A stretch of DNA of 64,000 nt. Source: the human T2T-CHM13v2.0 reference genome, Homo sapiens. This document shows positions 1-13,200 of this stretch, one piece after another. Below the pieces are notes generated by a model. It made no database searches and was not told the DNA's origin. It saw only the letters and a program-made list of their open reading frames with translations. A program made the position numbers and the translations under genes. Each line of letters starts with the position of its first letter. Within the stretch, counting starts at the first letter, position 1. The DNA lies in assembly GCA_009914755.4 (NCBI GenBank), contig CP086569.2, forward strand, positions 13,312,001 to 13,376,000, written 5' to 3'.

Positions 1-539
1 AAAGATAGACAAATACAAAAATATCTTTGCTTTCTTAGGGTAAGCTCTATTTATTTCTTTACTACAGGGCTAGAGTTGCCTTATTAACATCCTGTATTTG
101 AGGGCTTTCTCAATCCAAATATAAACACAATCAAATGTGTAAATCAAGTTTGGGTTTCAAGATTATAACAGTTTCTTAAAATAAGTGAACACATTCATCT
201 TTTGCTAGGCTCTGTGACACTTTATGCAGCAGGGAAATTAATTCATCATAAGCAATTTACCAGAACTTCCCTTAAAATTGCCCAAACCAGGGCCTTTCTA
301 CAAGATAAGCCTTTGGTAACATTTTCAGTTTTTCTCATAGTTATTGTCAAATAGAAGGTTTCTATTTCTTCTGATGACAACAACCAACATCTCACTGATT
401 TCCCTAGAAGGATCAAGCGCTTCTTCAATACTTCCAGTGTTATTACTATAAGGGGTTCTATATAGTATTCGCTTTTAAAACTGCCTCCAAATGACTTCTT
501 TCCAATTTCTATTTTGTACATTTATGTTTTCTCAAATGA

Positions 540-824
<285 letters not shown>

Positions 825-937
825 TAATCAAATGCCTGAATTTGTTTCTTGTTCCCAATTATTAGTTGTGTTGTTTTATCTTTATGAATTTTTTTACTGC
901 TGTTTGCTTTACTTTTTTTTATTTTAAAAATATTTGG

Positions 938-1226
938 AGCTGGGCATGGTGACTCACACCTGTAATCCCAGCACTTTGGGAGGCCAAGGCGGGCAGATCA
1001 CTTGAGGTCAGGAGTTGGAGATCAGCCTGTCCAATATGGTGAAACCCTGTCTCTACTAAAAATACAAAAATTAGCCAGGCATGACGTTGGGTGCCTGTAA
1101 TCCCAGCTACGCAGGACGCTGAGGCAGGAGAATCACTGGAACCTGGGAGGTGGAGGTTGCACTAAGCCAAGATCCCACCCCTGCACTCCAGCCTTGATGA
1201 CAGAGTGAGACTTTGTCTCAAAAAAT
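938..1226 (+). mobile_element. Alu SINE, full length
   Basis: ggctgggcatggtgactcacacctgtaatcccagcactttgggaggcc ... gagactttgtctcaaaaaa; dimeric Alu with A-rich linker and poly-A. Confidence 0.92.
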
Positions 1227-1345
1227 ATATATATATATTTGAACGTATATATTTATATATATATTTAAACATATATGAACATACATGAACGTATACATAA
1301 ACATATATATGTATATATAAAAATATGTATATATTTGAACTGGAT
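1227..1345. repeat. (TA)n / (TATATG)n microsatellite abutting the Alu poly-A
   Basis: tatatatatatatttgaacgtatatatttatatatatatttaaacatatatg... Confidence 0.9.
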
Positions 1346-1840
1346 GATTTCTTCACTGATTTAAATTTTCTTTCTTGTACCACTTTAGTTGCTGTCTTTG
1401 CTTTGTATAGGTAGCACTCACATTGGAATCATTTTCTGAAATAGTACGTAATTCAAGCTTTCATTTATACCCAGATCAAGTTATTTAGGAGAGCACTTCT
1501 AGTTTAAAATGTCTGAGGACACACTGGTTGGTTTTTTATTTGTTCTCTTTTTAGTTTAGCTATTAATGTCTGGATTTATTATTTCGTTGTCAAAGAATAT
1601 GACATTCAATTCCTGCTACATCTACATATTAAATGCCTCCTCGTCCCATTCATATAAAATCACTTTTTCTAAGTGGTCCATGGTTGATGAAAGAAAAAGA
1701 TTATTGCTTACATAATGTATGACATTTAAGAGAAGCCTTATGCTTTATTCATTAGATGCATTTATTTATGTATTTGCTTTATTTGAGAATTAAAGACAAA
1801 GGGAATTGTAAAAGGAAATTATTTTTAAAAAGACTCCTTG

Positions 1841-2149
1841 GCAGGGCGCCGTGGCTCATGCCTGTAATCCCAGCACTTTGGGAGGCCAACCTGGGTGGAC
1901 TGAGTGAGTCCAGGAGTTCAAGATCAGCCTAGGCAATGTGACGAAACCCTGTCTCTACCAAAAATACAAAAAATAAAAATAAAAATAGCCAAGCATGCGG
2001 GCACATACTTGTGGTCCCAGCTGCTTAGAAGGCTGAGGAGGGAAGATCACTTGGGCCAGTGAGGGAGAGGTTGCAGTGAGCCGAGATGGTATCACTGCAC
2101 TCAAGCCTGGGCGACGAGTGAGACCCTGTCTCAAAAAACAAAAAAAAAG
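1841..2149 (+). mobile_element. Alu SINE
   Basis: ggcagggcgccgtggctcatgcctgtaatcccagcactttgggaggcc ... gagaccctgtctcaaaaaacaaaaaaaaag. Confidence 0.92.
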
Positions 2150-2655
2150 AATTGAATTTTCAGTTTCCGTGGTTGGGAGAATGAACTGTAACCATACCCA
2201 GTATTGTTTTTTAAAGTATTGTGAAGCCGATCACACGCCTATATTTTCACATGATTCGAAGGTTCATTACAAATGTAAGATGCCCATCATGATTGCCAGC
2301 CATCCAGGCCGGTGAAGAACGGTGGTCAGTCATCAGAATAACTCCTAGGACCTCTTGGGGGAGAGGTGACCCTCCTTCTATAGGACCCATCTGGGCACAA
2401 GCCACATCTCTGAGCCTTACCTGAGCAGGCTGGACACCTGAGGAGTGATCAACACCACCAGCTTCCTCGTCAGCCTGTGTCTCCTCAGTGACTGCCCCAG
2501 GACCAGGGCGCCCTGGCAGTAGATGTCATCTGTGGCCAGTGTGACAAAAGCCTGATCAGTCACTGTGAAAATCAACAGAAACACCAGAGTTACACTCCTG
2601 AGGGACAGCAGGGGTGACAAGGCCATAGTCACCTCCTCTCCTCTCCCAAGATTCA

Positions 2656-2960
<305 letters not shown>

Positions 2961-3277
2961 CACGACTTGCAGTGAATATTCAGTATTCTAATTCACAAAC
3001 ATTCTTCCTTTCATTCTAAACAAAACAAAACACAGGAGGAGAATGAAGGAACCTTAAACATGAGACAAAGTCAACCCAATGGCTATGCCCGTTTCCTGAT
3101 GCTGCAATGCCATGGAAACTCATAGCTACTATCCCTTATTTTATGTTGTGTTTGACTCTTGAAAACTCACCCAAAGTGTTTAGATCTTAGGTGGAAACAA
3201 AAGGCAAAAAGTGGAAGTGATGACTTGATGACCTGAGTTACAGCAAAGATGTAATCCAACTCAAAGAACTGTGTTCT

Positions 3278-3588
3278 GGGCTAGATGCAGTGGCTCATGC
3301 CTGTAATCCCAGTGCTAGGGCTGAAGAAGGGGGACTAATTGAGCCCAGGAGTTTGAAACCAGCCTGGGAAGCACAGCAAGACCTCATCTCTACTGGAAAA
3401 AAAAAAATTAGCCAGGCAAGGTGGTGCACACCTATAGTCCTAGCTACTTGGGAGGCTGAGGGAGGAGGATTGCTTGAGCACAGGAGGTCAAGGCTGCAAA
3501 GAGCCATGATCACACCACTGAACTCCAGCCTGGTCAACAGAGTGAGTCCCTGTCTTCAGAAAAAGAAAAAAGAAAGAAAAGAAAAGAA
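3278..3588 (+). mobile_element. Alu SINE (diverged, older subfamily)
   Basis: gggctagatgcagtggctcatgcctgtaatcccagtgctagg ... ccagcctggtcaacagagtgagtccctgtcttcagaaaaag. Confidence 0.88.
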
Positions 3589-4279
3589 TCATGCTCCACA
3601 AAGAAGCAGCCAAACATGTTATTTAAATTCTGGACAGACCATTTCTTACAAAGACTTCAACTTCAACTCAGGGTTGTATGAGGTGGTACAGTCAACATAA
3701 GGAGAAGTGTATTGTTTCATTAGGTAGAATGTGCTCAGTTTCCTAATGCCTCAATAGGAGAGGAAGGAACTCTCACATTAGATATAATTAATGGCTTTTA
3801 AGTCTCTGTGCATAAGACTGATGTGAACTTTGGTAATGACTTTTAAACCACTCAATTCTTGGGCACCCAAGCCCCTGTTGCCAGGAGAAAGACAACAGTC
3901 AGGAGGGCAGCCAGCAACACCAACAAGTCCCACACAGTGTGCAGCCCAGTGTACTGTCTATGGAAATTAAAATGCTCAGCATGCAGGCAACCATGGCACC
4001 TTCCCCAGAAGCAGCACTCCAAGAGAAGCCAAACCACAATTCGCACTAAATATAACAAACACAAGTGTCCCAGACGTGTGGCCCAGGGCTGCCTCCTTGA
4101 CCTTTACATTGCAATGGGGTAAATTCCAAAATGCGCCTGTTACAGCTGCTCCTGTAGATTCCTCTCCCTACCCTTGCAGGAAGGAAGAACAAGAATTCCT
4201 GACATCTCCACTGGGAGTGAGTATCATAGACAGCAAACTTTACAACTTAATTCTGTAGAATAAAAGATATCTGTCATCA

Positions 4280-5082
4280 GTCCATATCTATCCATCTATC
4301 CATCATCCATCCATCCACCCATCCGTTCATCTATCATCTATCTATCCGTCTATCATCTATCATTGGATAATATCTGTATTATCCATCTACCTATTATCTA
4401 TCCATCCATTCATCCATCCATCTACCTATCATCTACCAATTCTCTGCACATCTATTACTTTCTATCTTACTATTATCTATCTCTATCCATCCATCCAGCT
4501 ATCCATCTATCTCTCATTTATCCATCCTTCCATTATCTATCATTTATCCATCCATCATCTATCTATCCATTTATTCATGCATCCATCCATCCATCATCTA
4601 CCAATTCTCTGTACATCTATTTATTATCTATCTTACTATAAATCTGTCTTTATCATCTATCAATCAATCATATATCTATCCATCCATCATCTATCTATCC
4701 ATCTACCTATCATCTATCCATCCTTCCATCTATCCACCTATCATCTACCAATTCTATTCACATCTATTATTTATTATCTATCTTACTATCATGTATCTGT
4801 ATATCTATCTAATCCATCTATCTCTATCATCTATTTATCATATATCATCTATGTAAATTTATCATCTATGTATCTATGATCTATCATCCATCTATCTCCA
4901 TCATCTCTCCACCTATAATTTTCTATTATCCATTTATCTATCTCCATCTGTCATCTACCTATCATATATGTGTCCTCTCTGTATCTACTTCTTTATATCT
5001 ATCAATCTTTCAAACATCTACCTACCTACAGTCTATAGATTATAAATTGTCTCTAGCACCATTATCTATAATCTATCTATAG
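4280..5082. repeat. ~800 bp compound tetranucleotide array (TCTA/TCCA/TCAT)n
   Basis: ctatccatctatccatcatccatccatccacccatccgttcatctatcatctatc...; the histidine/proline/serine-rich ORFs at 4363..5082 are artifacts of this array. Confidence 0.95.
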
Positions 5083-5559
5083 TTTTCTTAATTACTAGCT
5101 TTAAAATGATAATAATGGTGATTATTACTCCTTTAGACATTTCCCAAGGCCTAAGCTCTGACCAAAAGTATTTCCCAAGAAAGGCATAGCTGTCATGGAC
5201 CCGTTCAGCCATCTGTAAGGCTCTTTTGTCTCTAAGCAGAGGAGAGAGATGGGAGAGGAAGCAGACATTCAGGACTGGCATCCGCAAAGCCCAAAGCTGG
5301 CCAAGGTACTGTGTGAGCTTCACCCACAGACCTCGAAAATCACACAATGCCCAAAACAGAGCCAGAGATCCAATCCCCTACCCCGTCCTCACCAAGGTTT
5401 CTCTGACCCGTATCTTGAAAGATTGTGGAAACAGAAAGAATTACCAAGTAGAACCCCCAGTGTTGAACCCTAAGTGTGAACATATTTCTAAGCAGCATAA
5501 TGGGTATCCCCACACCTAAACATACGACCTGCTAAGAGCTTCACCTTTCCATGCAAACT

Positions 5560-5830
5560 CTCAAAAAATTAACGGGAAATTAACATAACGTAAAACAAAC
5601 CATTTTAAAGTGCACAAGTGACTCGCATTTAGTCCATGCGCAATGTTGTGCAACAACTAACTCCAGGCAATCCGAGGATATTCTCATCACTCCAAAAGGA
5701 GGCCCTGTACCCATTACGCAGTCACTCCCCATTCTGGCAACCATGAGTCTGCTTTCTGTCTCTACATTCCTATTTTGGATATTTCCTATAAATGGAATCA
5801 AACACTATGTAGTTTTTGAAAATGGAATAA
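5560..5830 (+). mobile_element. Ancient LINE-1 3'-end fragment (copy A of a tandem pair)
   Basis: ttttaaagtgcacaagtgactcgcatttagtccatgcgcaatgttgtgcaacaa...atcactccaaaaggaggccctgtacccattacgcagtcactccccattctggcaaccatgagtctgctttctgtctct matches the conserved L1 3' region (…ccccaaaaagaaaccccgtacccattagcagtcactcccc…ggcaaccactaatctactttctgtctcta…). Confidence 0.7.
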
Positions 5831-6190
5831 TTTTGTATTTCCTTTTTATTTATCACAGTAAACTTCAGATGACATAAAATTCACCATTGTAAAGAGCACA
5901 ATTCATCACAATGTTGTACACCCACCACCTCTATCTAATCCTGGGACATTTCATCACCCCAAAAAGAGACCCTGCACTCATTAAGGAGTATCTTCCCTTT
6001 CTCCCTTCCCTAGCTTGTGACAACCACCAATCACTTTTTATCTCTGTGGATCTGCCTGTTCTGCATATTTCATGTAAATGGAATCAAGCATCATATGGCC
6101 TTTTGTGTCCGGCTTCTTTCCATCAGCATGATGTTTTCAAGGTCCATGCATTTTCATCAATTCAACCGTGTAATTAAAAGTGTAAACCAG
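5831..6190 (+). mobile_element. Ancient LINE-1 3'-end fragment (copy B, longer)
   Basis: ...ataaaattcaccattgtaaagagcacaattcatcacaatgttgtacacccaccacctctatctaatcctgggacatttcatcaccccaaaaagagaccctgcactcatt...ggatctgcctgttctgcatatttcatgtaaatggaatcaagcatcatatggccttttgtgtccggcttctttcc. Confidence 0.75.
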
Positions 6191-7125
6191 GAATCTTCCA
6201 AGCAAAGATGGTGGATGCGGAGCTCCTAGTTTCTCTTTCCTTCCTTCTGAGATAAAAGGAGAACAAACTAAAAAGTGTGCTAAGGAAGGCAAGTGTGAAC
6301 CCCAAGCCAACAAGGAGGCAGGAGAAAACTGTCAGCCAATAAGAGAAACTGGAGAAGTCACTGAAATTCTGCAGAATTCTCGAAGGCCAAATATACCCAT
6401 CACGAGAGGCAAAATCAGATAATAGGACCTACTCTACAGGAAACCAAAAGCCCAAGAAAAAATAATTACCACCACACAGAAGTGGAATTCCTAACCTATA
6501 ACATAACCTTGACAAATTCAGACAAGTCGGCAACCCTTGCAAGTAGGCACAGCTCAACTGACATTCCTCATTTTTATACATGTAGATATAAACCATTACA
6601 GGCATTTGAAAAACACCTTCAACACAAAAGAGAAAACTAAAAAGTTATGGGGTGGAATGGGAAGAACCCCATAAATACCAGAGAATTCATGGAATAGAAA
6701 TTCAAGGAACAGACAGACAGACATAAAAATTCTGACTGCATTAATTAGTATTCTTTCAAAAGATTACAGGGAGAGGGATACATCTATAAACCAAGAATCA
6801 AATGCTATAGAAAAGATCACTCCAAGGATAAGAAATAGTTATTAGAAGTTAAAAATATGATTTGCTGAAATGAAAATGGAATAACAGAAGGTTTGGAAAA
6901 TGTCAATGAGGAAATCTCGCAGAAAGTACAATTAAGGGACAAATGGAAAATTTCAGAAAGCTAGAAGCCTACAGGAGTGATTCAGAAGGTTCACCAACAT
7001 AAGTTTCAGAGTAAGAGAACAGAAAAAAAAATAGAAGAAAAGTTTTCAAAGAAATTAAACAGGAAATGTTCTCAACAGCAGCAGAAAGTCAGTCTTCAGA
7101 TTTTAAAAGCCCAGAGAGTATGCAG
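6190..7125 (+). mobile_element. Possible degenerate LINE-1 internal (ORF1-proximal) fragment
   Basis: A-rich sequence with scattered similarity to L1 ORF1 DNA (…aaagcccagagagtatgcagcaaaag…, …caccaaggataaggagaacatcgtgataatgccaagaaaatgaaag…). Weak, from memory only. Confidence 0.3.
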
Positions 7126-7262
7126 CAAAAGAAAAAGAAAAAAGAAAGAAAGAAAGAGAGAGGAAGGAAGGAAGGAAGGGAGGGAGGGAGGGAGGGGAGG
7201 GGAGGAGAGAGGAGGGGAGGGGAGATGGGGACAGAGAGACAGGGAAAGAAAGAAAGAAACTC
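7125..7262. repeat. Purine-rich (GAAA)n/(GGAA)n/(GGGAGG)n simple repeat
   Basis: agaaaaagaaaaaagaaagaaagaaagagagaggaaggaaggaaggaagggagggagggagggaggggagg... Confidence 0.95.
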
Positions 7263-7631
7263 AACAGTCCTTATCCTGACAATATGTTTCTGGAGTTTAA
7301 AAACACCAAGGATAAGGAGAACATCGTGATAATGCCAAGAAAATGAAAGTAAAATAAAAATACAGGTCAATCCTATTAAGGATGAGACTGAGACTTCTTA
7401 TCATGAATAGTGGACACTAAAACAAAGCACCATATCTAAACTCTTTGAGTGCAATGGTCCTCAACCTAAAATTGTATACCCAGACCAAGTAGCTAAATTT
7501 CTAGGCCCAGGCCAATTAGCACATCTGCTGCACATTTATACGCCACATACCATTTCTCAGGCAGGTATTTGAGTATGTGTTTCACAGTAAGAATAGACTT
7601 GTATTCTTTTAATTTAAAAATACATTTTTTT

Positions 7632-7775
7632 GCACATGCCTGAAGTCCTAGCTAACTTGAAAAGCTGAGACAGCAGGATTGTTTGAGCCCAGAAATTGGA
7701 GGCTGCAGTGAGATATAATTGTGCCACTGCACTCCAGCTTGGGTGACAGAGCAGAGCCCTGTCTTTAAAGAGAAA
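7632..7775 (+). mobile_element. Alu right-arm fragment
   Basis: gcacatgcctgaagtcctagctaacttgaaaagctgagacagcaggattgtttgagcccagaaattggaggctgcagtgag...ccactgcactccagcttgggtgacagagcagagccctgtcttt. Confidence 0.85.
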
Positions 7776-7806
7776 GCGTGTGTGTGTGTGTGTGTGTGTG
7801 TCTGTG
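7776..7806. repeat. (GT)n microsatellite
   Basis: cgtgtgtgtgtgtgtgtgtgtgtctgtgt. Confidence 0.95.
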
Positions 7807-8670
7807 TAATTGCAAAGTAGATGGCAAAGTAAAAAATAAGATAAATCAAATAATATATGTTATGAGAAGAATCATCAGCAAAGTAATGTCAAACTGAAAA
7901 CAAAGTGCCATTTACCATTTTTAGCCTTCCATTGGCAATATTAAGATTTCTTTGTGATCTCCAATGTATAGATTATTGAAATCTGAGGAACCATGTTTAA
8001 GGACCCTGTGAATTAAAGAATAGAAAGGAAAAGGAGTGCATCCTTTAGGAACTACAATGACAAAGGTAATAGAACTCCCGAGGAGGGGCGTTGTTTTGAG
8101 ATTTCCTCCTGAGCTGACTGTTCTGTCCACCTTCGAGATGCTCAGAGGGATTGGCTCCCCTCTGAACTTCACCACTGAATCTGAGAATGAGGGCTAAATC
8201 ACACTCCAAAGGCCATGCTTTGGGATTTTCCTCCAGAAACAGATGACTGAGGTTAGACCTTGCTATTTAGATGCTTGGTCCTGCAAGAGCAAGCTTTGCA
8301 GAATATTTAGCGTGCCAACTCCTATACCCTAGTAAGGAAGAGTCTACTGTTTCCAACCCCACTTACTGACCTGCGCTCTTAAGTAGCAGAGAAGAAGAAC
8401 AGAGAATGTATAAAATGAAATTTGGCACCATCTGACCTGGGACATGGGCTCCACCGGGTAGATTCAGATCCCTGTTACCCACCTCCTAGGTCTCCCTGAG
8501 AGCCCTAGAAGCCTCGTCTGTGCAGAGCATTTATGACATGAATTCTGAGGTAAGGAGAAGTCCACTTGCCTCCAATCCCACATTCTACTCTTGCATAACT
8601 AACTGAGATCTTAACCGAGAGGCACAACAGAAAATGTTGGGGTTGTTCATTATGTTGTTGTGGTGGTGGT

Positions 8671-8947
<277 letters not shown>

Positions 8948-8949
8948 TT

Positions 8950-9253
8950 TTATTCTTTTTTGACAGGGTCTTTCTCTGTCTATCACCCAGATTTGAGTGC
9001 AGCAGCAGCATCACAGCTCACTGAAGCCTGGAACTCCTGGGCTCAAGCAATCCTCCTGCCTCGGTCTCCTGAGTAGCTGGGACTACAGATGCTCACCACC
9101 ACACCTGGTTAATTTATTTTTAATTTTTCTGTAGAGATGGGGTCTCTTGCTCTGTCACCCAGACTGGTCTCAAACTCCTAGCCTCAAGCAGTCCTCCCGT
9201 CCTGGCCTCCCAAAGTGCTAGGATTACAGGTGTGAGCCAGCCACCGCACCAGA
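8950..9253 (-). mobile_element. Alu SINE (tandem with the preceding Alu)
   Basis: ttgacagggtctttctctgtctatcacccagatttgagtgcagcagcagcatcacagctcactgaagcc ... ctaggattacaggtgtgagccagccaccgcaccagac. Confidence 0.92.
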
Positions 9254-9825
9254 CTAGAAAACATTTAAAATGGGTCTCTGATCAATCACCCTGAGCCACA
9301 CTTCTCTCCTTTGCATTCTCTGCTCCACCCTGTAGATTCTGGTTCCTGTTATCTGTTTCCTCAGTCCTTAAAAACCACATTTTCTCCCCCAACACAGAGT
9401 GAAAGCCATCAGCTGCCCTGAAAGCCAACCCAACACCAAGGGTTTTCTCATTGTCTGCAAATGTAAGCTGGGTTCAGGATGCTGGTCATCTCATCCCCCA
9501 CACTAAGTCCCCACGTCCAGCTCCACCCCTCTGGGTCCTCAAGCACATCCTATGATGTGTGCTACTACCATGGGGCTACTACCACTCCCTTAACTCACCT
9601 GGAACTCACTCTCCTCCCAGCACATGGTGGCCATGGAAAAAACCACCCATCCCTCAGAGATCTTCCTGCAAACCCTGCTCCCCAAGACGACCCTTCTCAT
9701 CACAGTCCCTCACCTCCTATGACACAGGACCCTTCATCTCTTGTGCCATCTTACCTGCTATGCTCATTTTGCTTACTGGTGGGCTCATTGCTGACTCCTT
9801 TCCCTAGCAAACCCATGAATGAGCT

Positions 9826-10195
9826 TCCTGGGGCTGCTGTGAGAAAGTACCACACGCTGGGAGACTTAAACAACACACATTTACTCTCTTGCAGTTCTGA
9901 AGGCCAGGATTCCAAAACCAAACTCTAGAGAAGGGTCCTTCCTGCCTCTTCCAGCTCCTGGTGGCTCCAGATGTCCCTGGGCTTGTGGCCACATTACTCC
10001 AATCTCTGCCTCCAACTCCACATGGCCTCCTCTGTGTCTGTGTCTCTTCTTCTATCTCTTGGGACAACACCTGCCATTGGATTTAGGGCCCACCCAAATA
10101 TTCCAGGATAATCTTATCTTGAGATGCTTAACTAATTACATCTGCAAAGACCCTATTTCCCAATAAGGTCTGTAAATCTAAACTAAAATTCTAGG
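9826..10195 (+). mobile_element. MaLR-type solo LTR (MLT1/MST-like)
   Basis: gggctgctgtgagaaagtaccacacgctgggagacttaaacaacacacatttactctcttgcagttctgaaggccagga...ggatttagggcccacccaaatattccaggataatcttatcttgagatgcttaactaattacatctgcaaagaccctatttcc; motifs typical of ERVL-MaLR LTRs. Confidence 0.55.
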
Positions 10196-10499
10196 CCTCG
10201 CAACTACCTAATTGGCCAAGGGCATTCCAAAGTTAACCTGAAAAACGAGTTCAGGCCATAATGAGGAGAGGGTCAGACATGCCTCATCATACCCTCCTCC
10301 ATTTTGGAATTCAGGAAAAGCTGACCACCATAAACATCCACACAGACCTCAAGTCTGATGAGAAACCTTTACAATCTATTCTCTCTGAAGCCTGCTACCT
10401 GGAAGCTTCATCTGCGTGATAAAACCTTGGTCTCTACAAACTCTTATCATAACCCAGACATTCTCTTCTATTGAAAATAACTCTTTCGACTAATCAGAA

Positions 10500-10770
10500 C
10501 ATTTAAAAATCTACCTATGACCTGGCACCACCCCCCGCAACCCCCTTGCTTCAAGTAGTCTCACCCTTTCAGATCAAAGCATTGTGTATCTTACATGTAT
10601 TCATTGATGTCTCATGTCTCCCTGAAATGTGTAAAAGCAAGCTGTACCCCAACCACCTTTGGCCCATGTTGTCAGGACCTCCTGAGGCTGTGTCACAGGC
10701 ATGTCCTTAACCTTGGCAAAATAAACTTTCTAAATTGATTGAGACCTGTCTCAGATACTTTTGGGTTCAC
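10500..10770 (+). mobile_element. ERV1-class LTR fragment (3' part with AATAAA), related to the copies at 47151-47717 and 60835-61335
   Basis: ...tgatgtctcatgtctccctgaaatgtgtaaaagcaagctg...gcatgtccttaaccttggcaaaataaactttctaaattgattgagacctgtctcagatacttttgggttcac closely matches 61160-61330. Confidence 0.6.
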
Positions 10771-11769
10771 AGGTCCCATTCACAGCTTCTGGGGAGATGT
10801 GAGTTTTATGGGGGGCACTGCTTACCCCAGTCAACAGTGCTGTCCCATAAGCTGCCCACACAATGGCACCTGCTTAGAGAAAGAGTGAAGGTTTGAAGCT
10901 GGAAGCAGAAGACAAAGAAGGTGAAGGGGCAGAAGATGTCTGTGTGGGCCTAATGACATGCTGTCAGTGCATTACACGTTCACTGTGGGTTCACGTCCCA
11001 GGCAATTCCCAGGCACGAGAATCTGCTACGTGCTGGGCCCAGCAGCTAACAAGGTACAAGCTCTGTCCTCAGACACCCACAACTCCATGAGAAACATCAG
11101 CCCTAAGAAATGGGTGTTTCAATACTGCAAGGCAAGTCCTATGGCAGGCAGCAGTTTTTGAAAGGGCACCATCCAAGCTCAGGGATAAATGGCCAGGAAG
11201 AACTTATCCATCAAGAAATCAGTGGATCAATAAACAAGAATGAATATGGCTCCCATCCATCCAGGAGTGTCTAGATGGGGCATACCTATGCACTATCATT
11301 AATTCCCTTTCCAACACAGACATGTGCTTCAAAAACAAGTAAACTGGGGCTTCAATGAGTAACTAAATGTCTGAGGTCACCTCTGACTCCAACACCAACA
11401 AAAGCCCTCAAAATAGCTACTCTCTCCTGCCTCCAATAAGAAACTAAACTAAAAATAATAAGGCAAAGAAGGAAGAGGCAGAAAAAGTCCATGAACCAAG
11501 ATCAGAGGTGGAGATGATAGGTTGCATGCTGCATCCTGCATTCCTCACAGTGTAGCAACAGCAGCTGGAGAATAAGGACCCACAGGAAGAGATGGGGTCA
11601 GAGGGCCAGGATTACGAAGGTGATATGCAGCCTTTTCTATTATCCTGAGGCTTATGAGGAGCTATTTCAGGGTTCTAAGACCTGTAAGAAGGTCTCATCT
11701 CCATTGCCAGGGAGGGCCCTCTGGCTGTCTAAAGAAAAGGAGGATGCAAGTGAATTGGCCCAAAGCAAG

Positions 11770-12185
11770 GTGCAGAGGACAACACAGAGAAATGGCAAAG
11801 TGATCAGTGATTGATCGCCACCTGTGCTAGTTTTATAGTTCTTCATGAGGGCATCACTGACGACTAAGAGAAATGGCAAAGTGATCAGTGACTGATAACC
11901 ACAGACACTGGTTTTTTACCCCTTCATGAGGATCTCAGTGACAACTGAAAGAAATGACAGAGTGATCAATGATTGATAACCATGTGCATGGCCTTTTTAT
12001 CTCTTCATCAGGACGTGAGTGACAACTATGCGAACTGGCAAAGTGATCAATGATTGATAGCGAGGTGCGCTGGTTTTTTTAATCTCTTCATGAGGATCTC
12101 AGTGACAACTAAGAGAAATGGCAGAGTGATCATTGATTGATAACCACATGCTCTGGCTTTATAGCTCTTCATGGGGACCTCAGGG
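11770..12185. repeat. Minisatellite, ~66-bp unit x ~6
   Basis: Repeating unit agagaaatggcaaagtgatcagtgattgat(a/c)accac..gctggtttt(a)tagctcttcatgaggatctcagtgacaactaag seen at ~11800, 11866, 11932, 11998, 12064, 12130. Confidence 0.85.
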
Positions 12186-12189
12186 AAAA

Positions 12190-12802
12190 CATGAGGATTA
12201 ATGGGTGTTATAGACGGATGATAACCCATCCTGAAACGCCTAGGATGAAACCCTACCCCACAGAACCTCTGAATGTGTCTGCATTTGAAGATGGGGTCTT
12301 TAAAGAGGTGATTATGGTAAAATGAGGTCACTAGGGTGGGCCCTAATACAGTAGCACTGCTGGCCTCACTACAAGAGGAGATGAGGACACAGACACACAC
12401 AGAGGGATGACCTTGTGGAGATACAGAGAAAGACCACAAGACCACATCTACAAGCCAAGGAGAGAGGCGTCAGGAGGAAACAGCCCTGCCCACACCCTGA
12501 TCTCAGACTTCCAGCCTCCAGGGCTGTGTGAGAGTAAATGTCTGTTGTTCAAGCTTCCCAGTCTGTGGGACTTTGTTATGGCAGCCCCAGCAGAAAAAAA
12601 CAGTAGTATTCAAATACATGAGTTATCCTATTATGGGCTGAATTGCACACCTCCAAAATTCATATATGAATGTCATAACCTCCAGGACCTCAAAATGTGA
12701 GTGTATTTGGAGATGGGGTCTTTAAAGAAGATATCAAGGTAAAATTAGGTCACTAGGATGGTCTGATCCAATAGGATTGGTGTCCTTATAAGAAGAGGAG
12801 AT
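12190..12802 (-). mobile_element. MaLR-type LTR, minus orientation, 5' portion (continues after the Alu at 13079-13200)
   Basis: Reverse complement of the MaLR LTR motifs: ...agaggagatgaggacacagacacacacagagggatgaccttgtggagatacagagaaagaccacaagaccacatctacaagccaaggagagaggcgtcaggaggaaacagccctgcccacaccctgatctcagacttccagcctccagggctgtgtgagagtaaatgtctgttgttcaagcttcccagtctgtgggactttgttatggcagcccc. Confidence 0.55.
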
Positions 12803-13078
12803 TACGCTGAGCATGATGGCTAACACCTGTAATCCCAACACTTTGGAAGGCCGAGGCAGGTGGACCACTTGACGTCAGGAGTTTGAGACCAGCCTAACCA
12901 ACATGGAGAAACCCTGTCTCTACTAAAAATACAAAAATTAGCTGGGCATGGTGGTGCATGCCTGTAATCCCAGCTGCTCAGGAGGCTGAGGAGGAGAATT
13001 GCTTGAACCCAGGAGGCAGATTGCACCATTGCCTGGGTGACAAGAGCAAAACTCCATCTCAAAAAAAAAAAAAAAGAG
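12803..13078 (+). mobile_element. Alu SINE inserted into the MaLR LTR
   Basis: gctgagcatgatggctaacacctgtaatcccaacactttggaaggccgaggcaggtggaccacttgacgtcaggagtttgagaccagcc ... aactccatctcaaaaaaaaaaaaaaag. Confidence 0.92.
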
Positions 13079-13200
13079 GAGCTTAGGACACAGACACACA
13101 CAGAGGGATGACCCTGTGAGGACCAAGCCCAGGAGAGAGGCCTCAGGAGGAACCAGCCCTGCCCACACTTACCTTGATCTCAAACCCAAAAGAGAATGCA
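13079..13200 (-). mobile_element. Continuation of the MaLR LTR interrupted by the Alu
   Basis: aggagcttaggacacagacacacacagagggatgaccctgtgaggaccaagcccaggagagaggcctcaggaggaaccagccctgcccacac repeats the motif seen at 12390-12500. Confidence 0.5.

Noticed and set aside
4363-5082. His/Pro/Ser/Ile/Tyr-rich ORFs in the TCTA/TCCA array and their counterparts at 19740..20673
   Set aside because: Microsatellite-derived; no coding signal.
11770-12185. Considered whether the 66-bp tandem array (and other tandem arrays here) could be a CRISPR-like repeat-spacer structure
   Set aside because: Units are contiguous with no unique spacers, and the sequence context is clearly primate (Alu, SVA, L1). It is a eukaryotic minisatellite.
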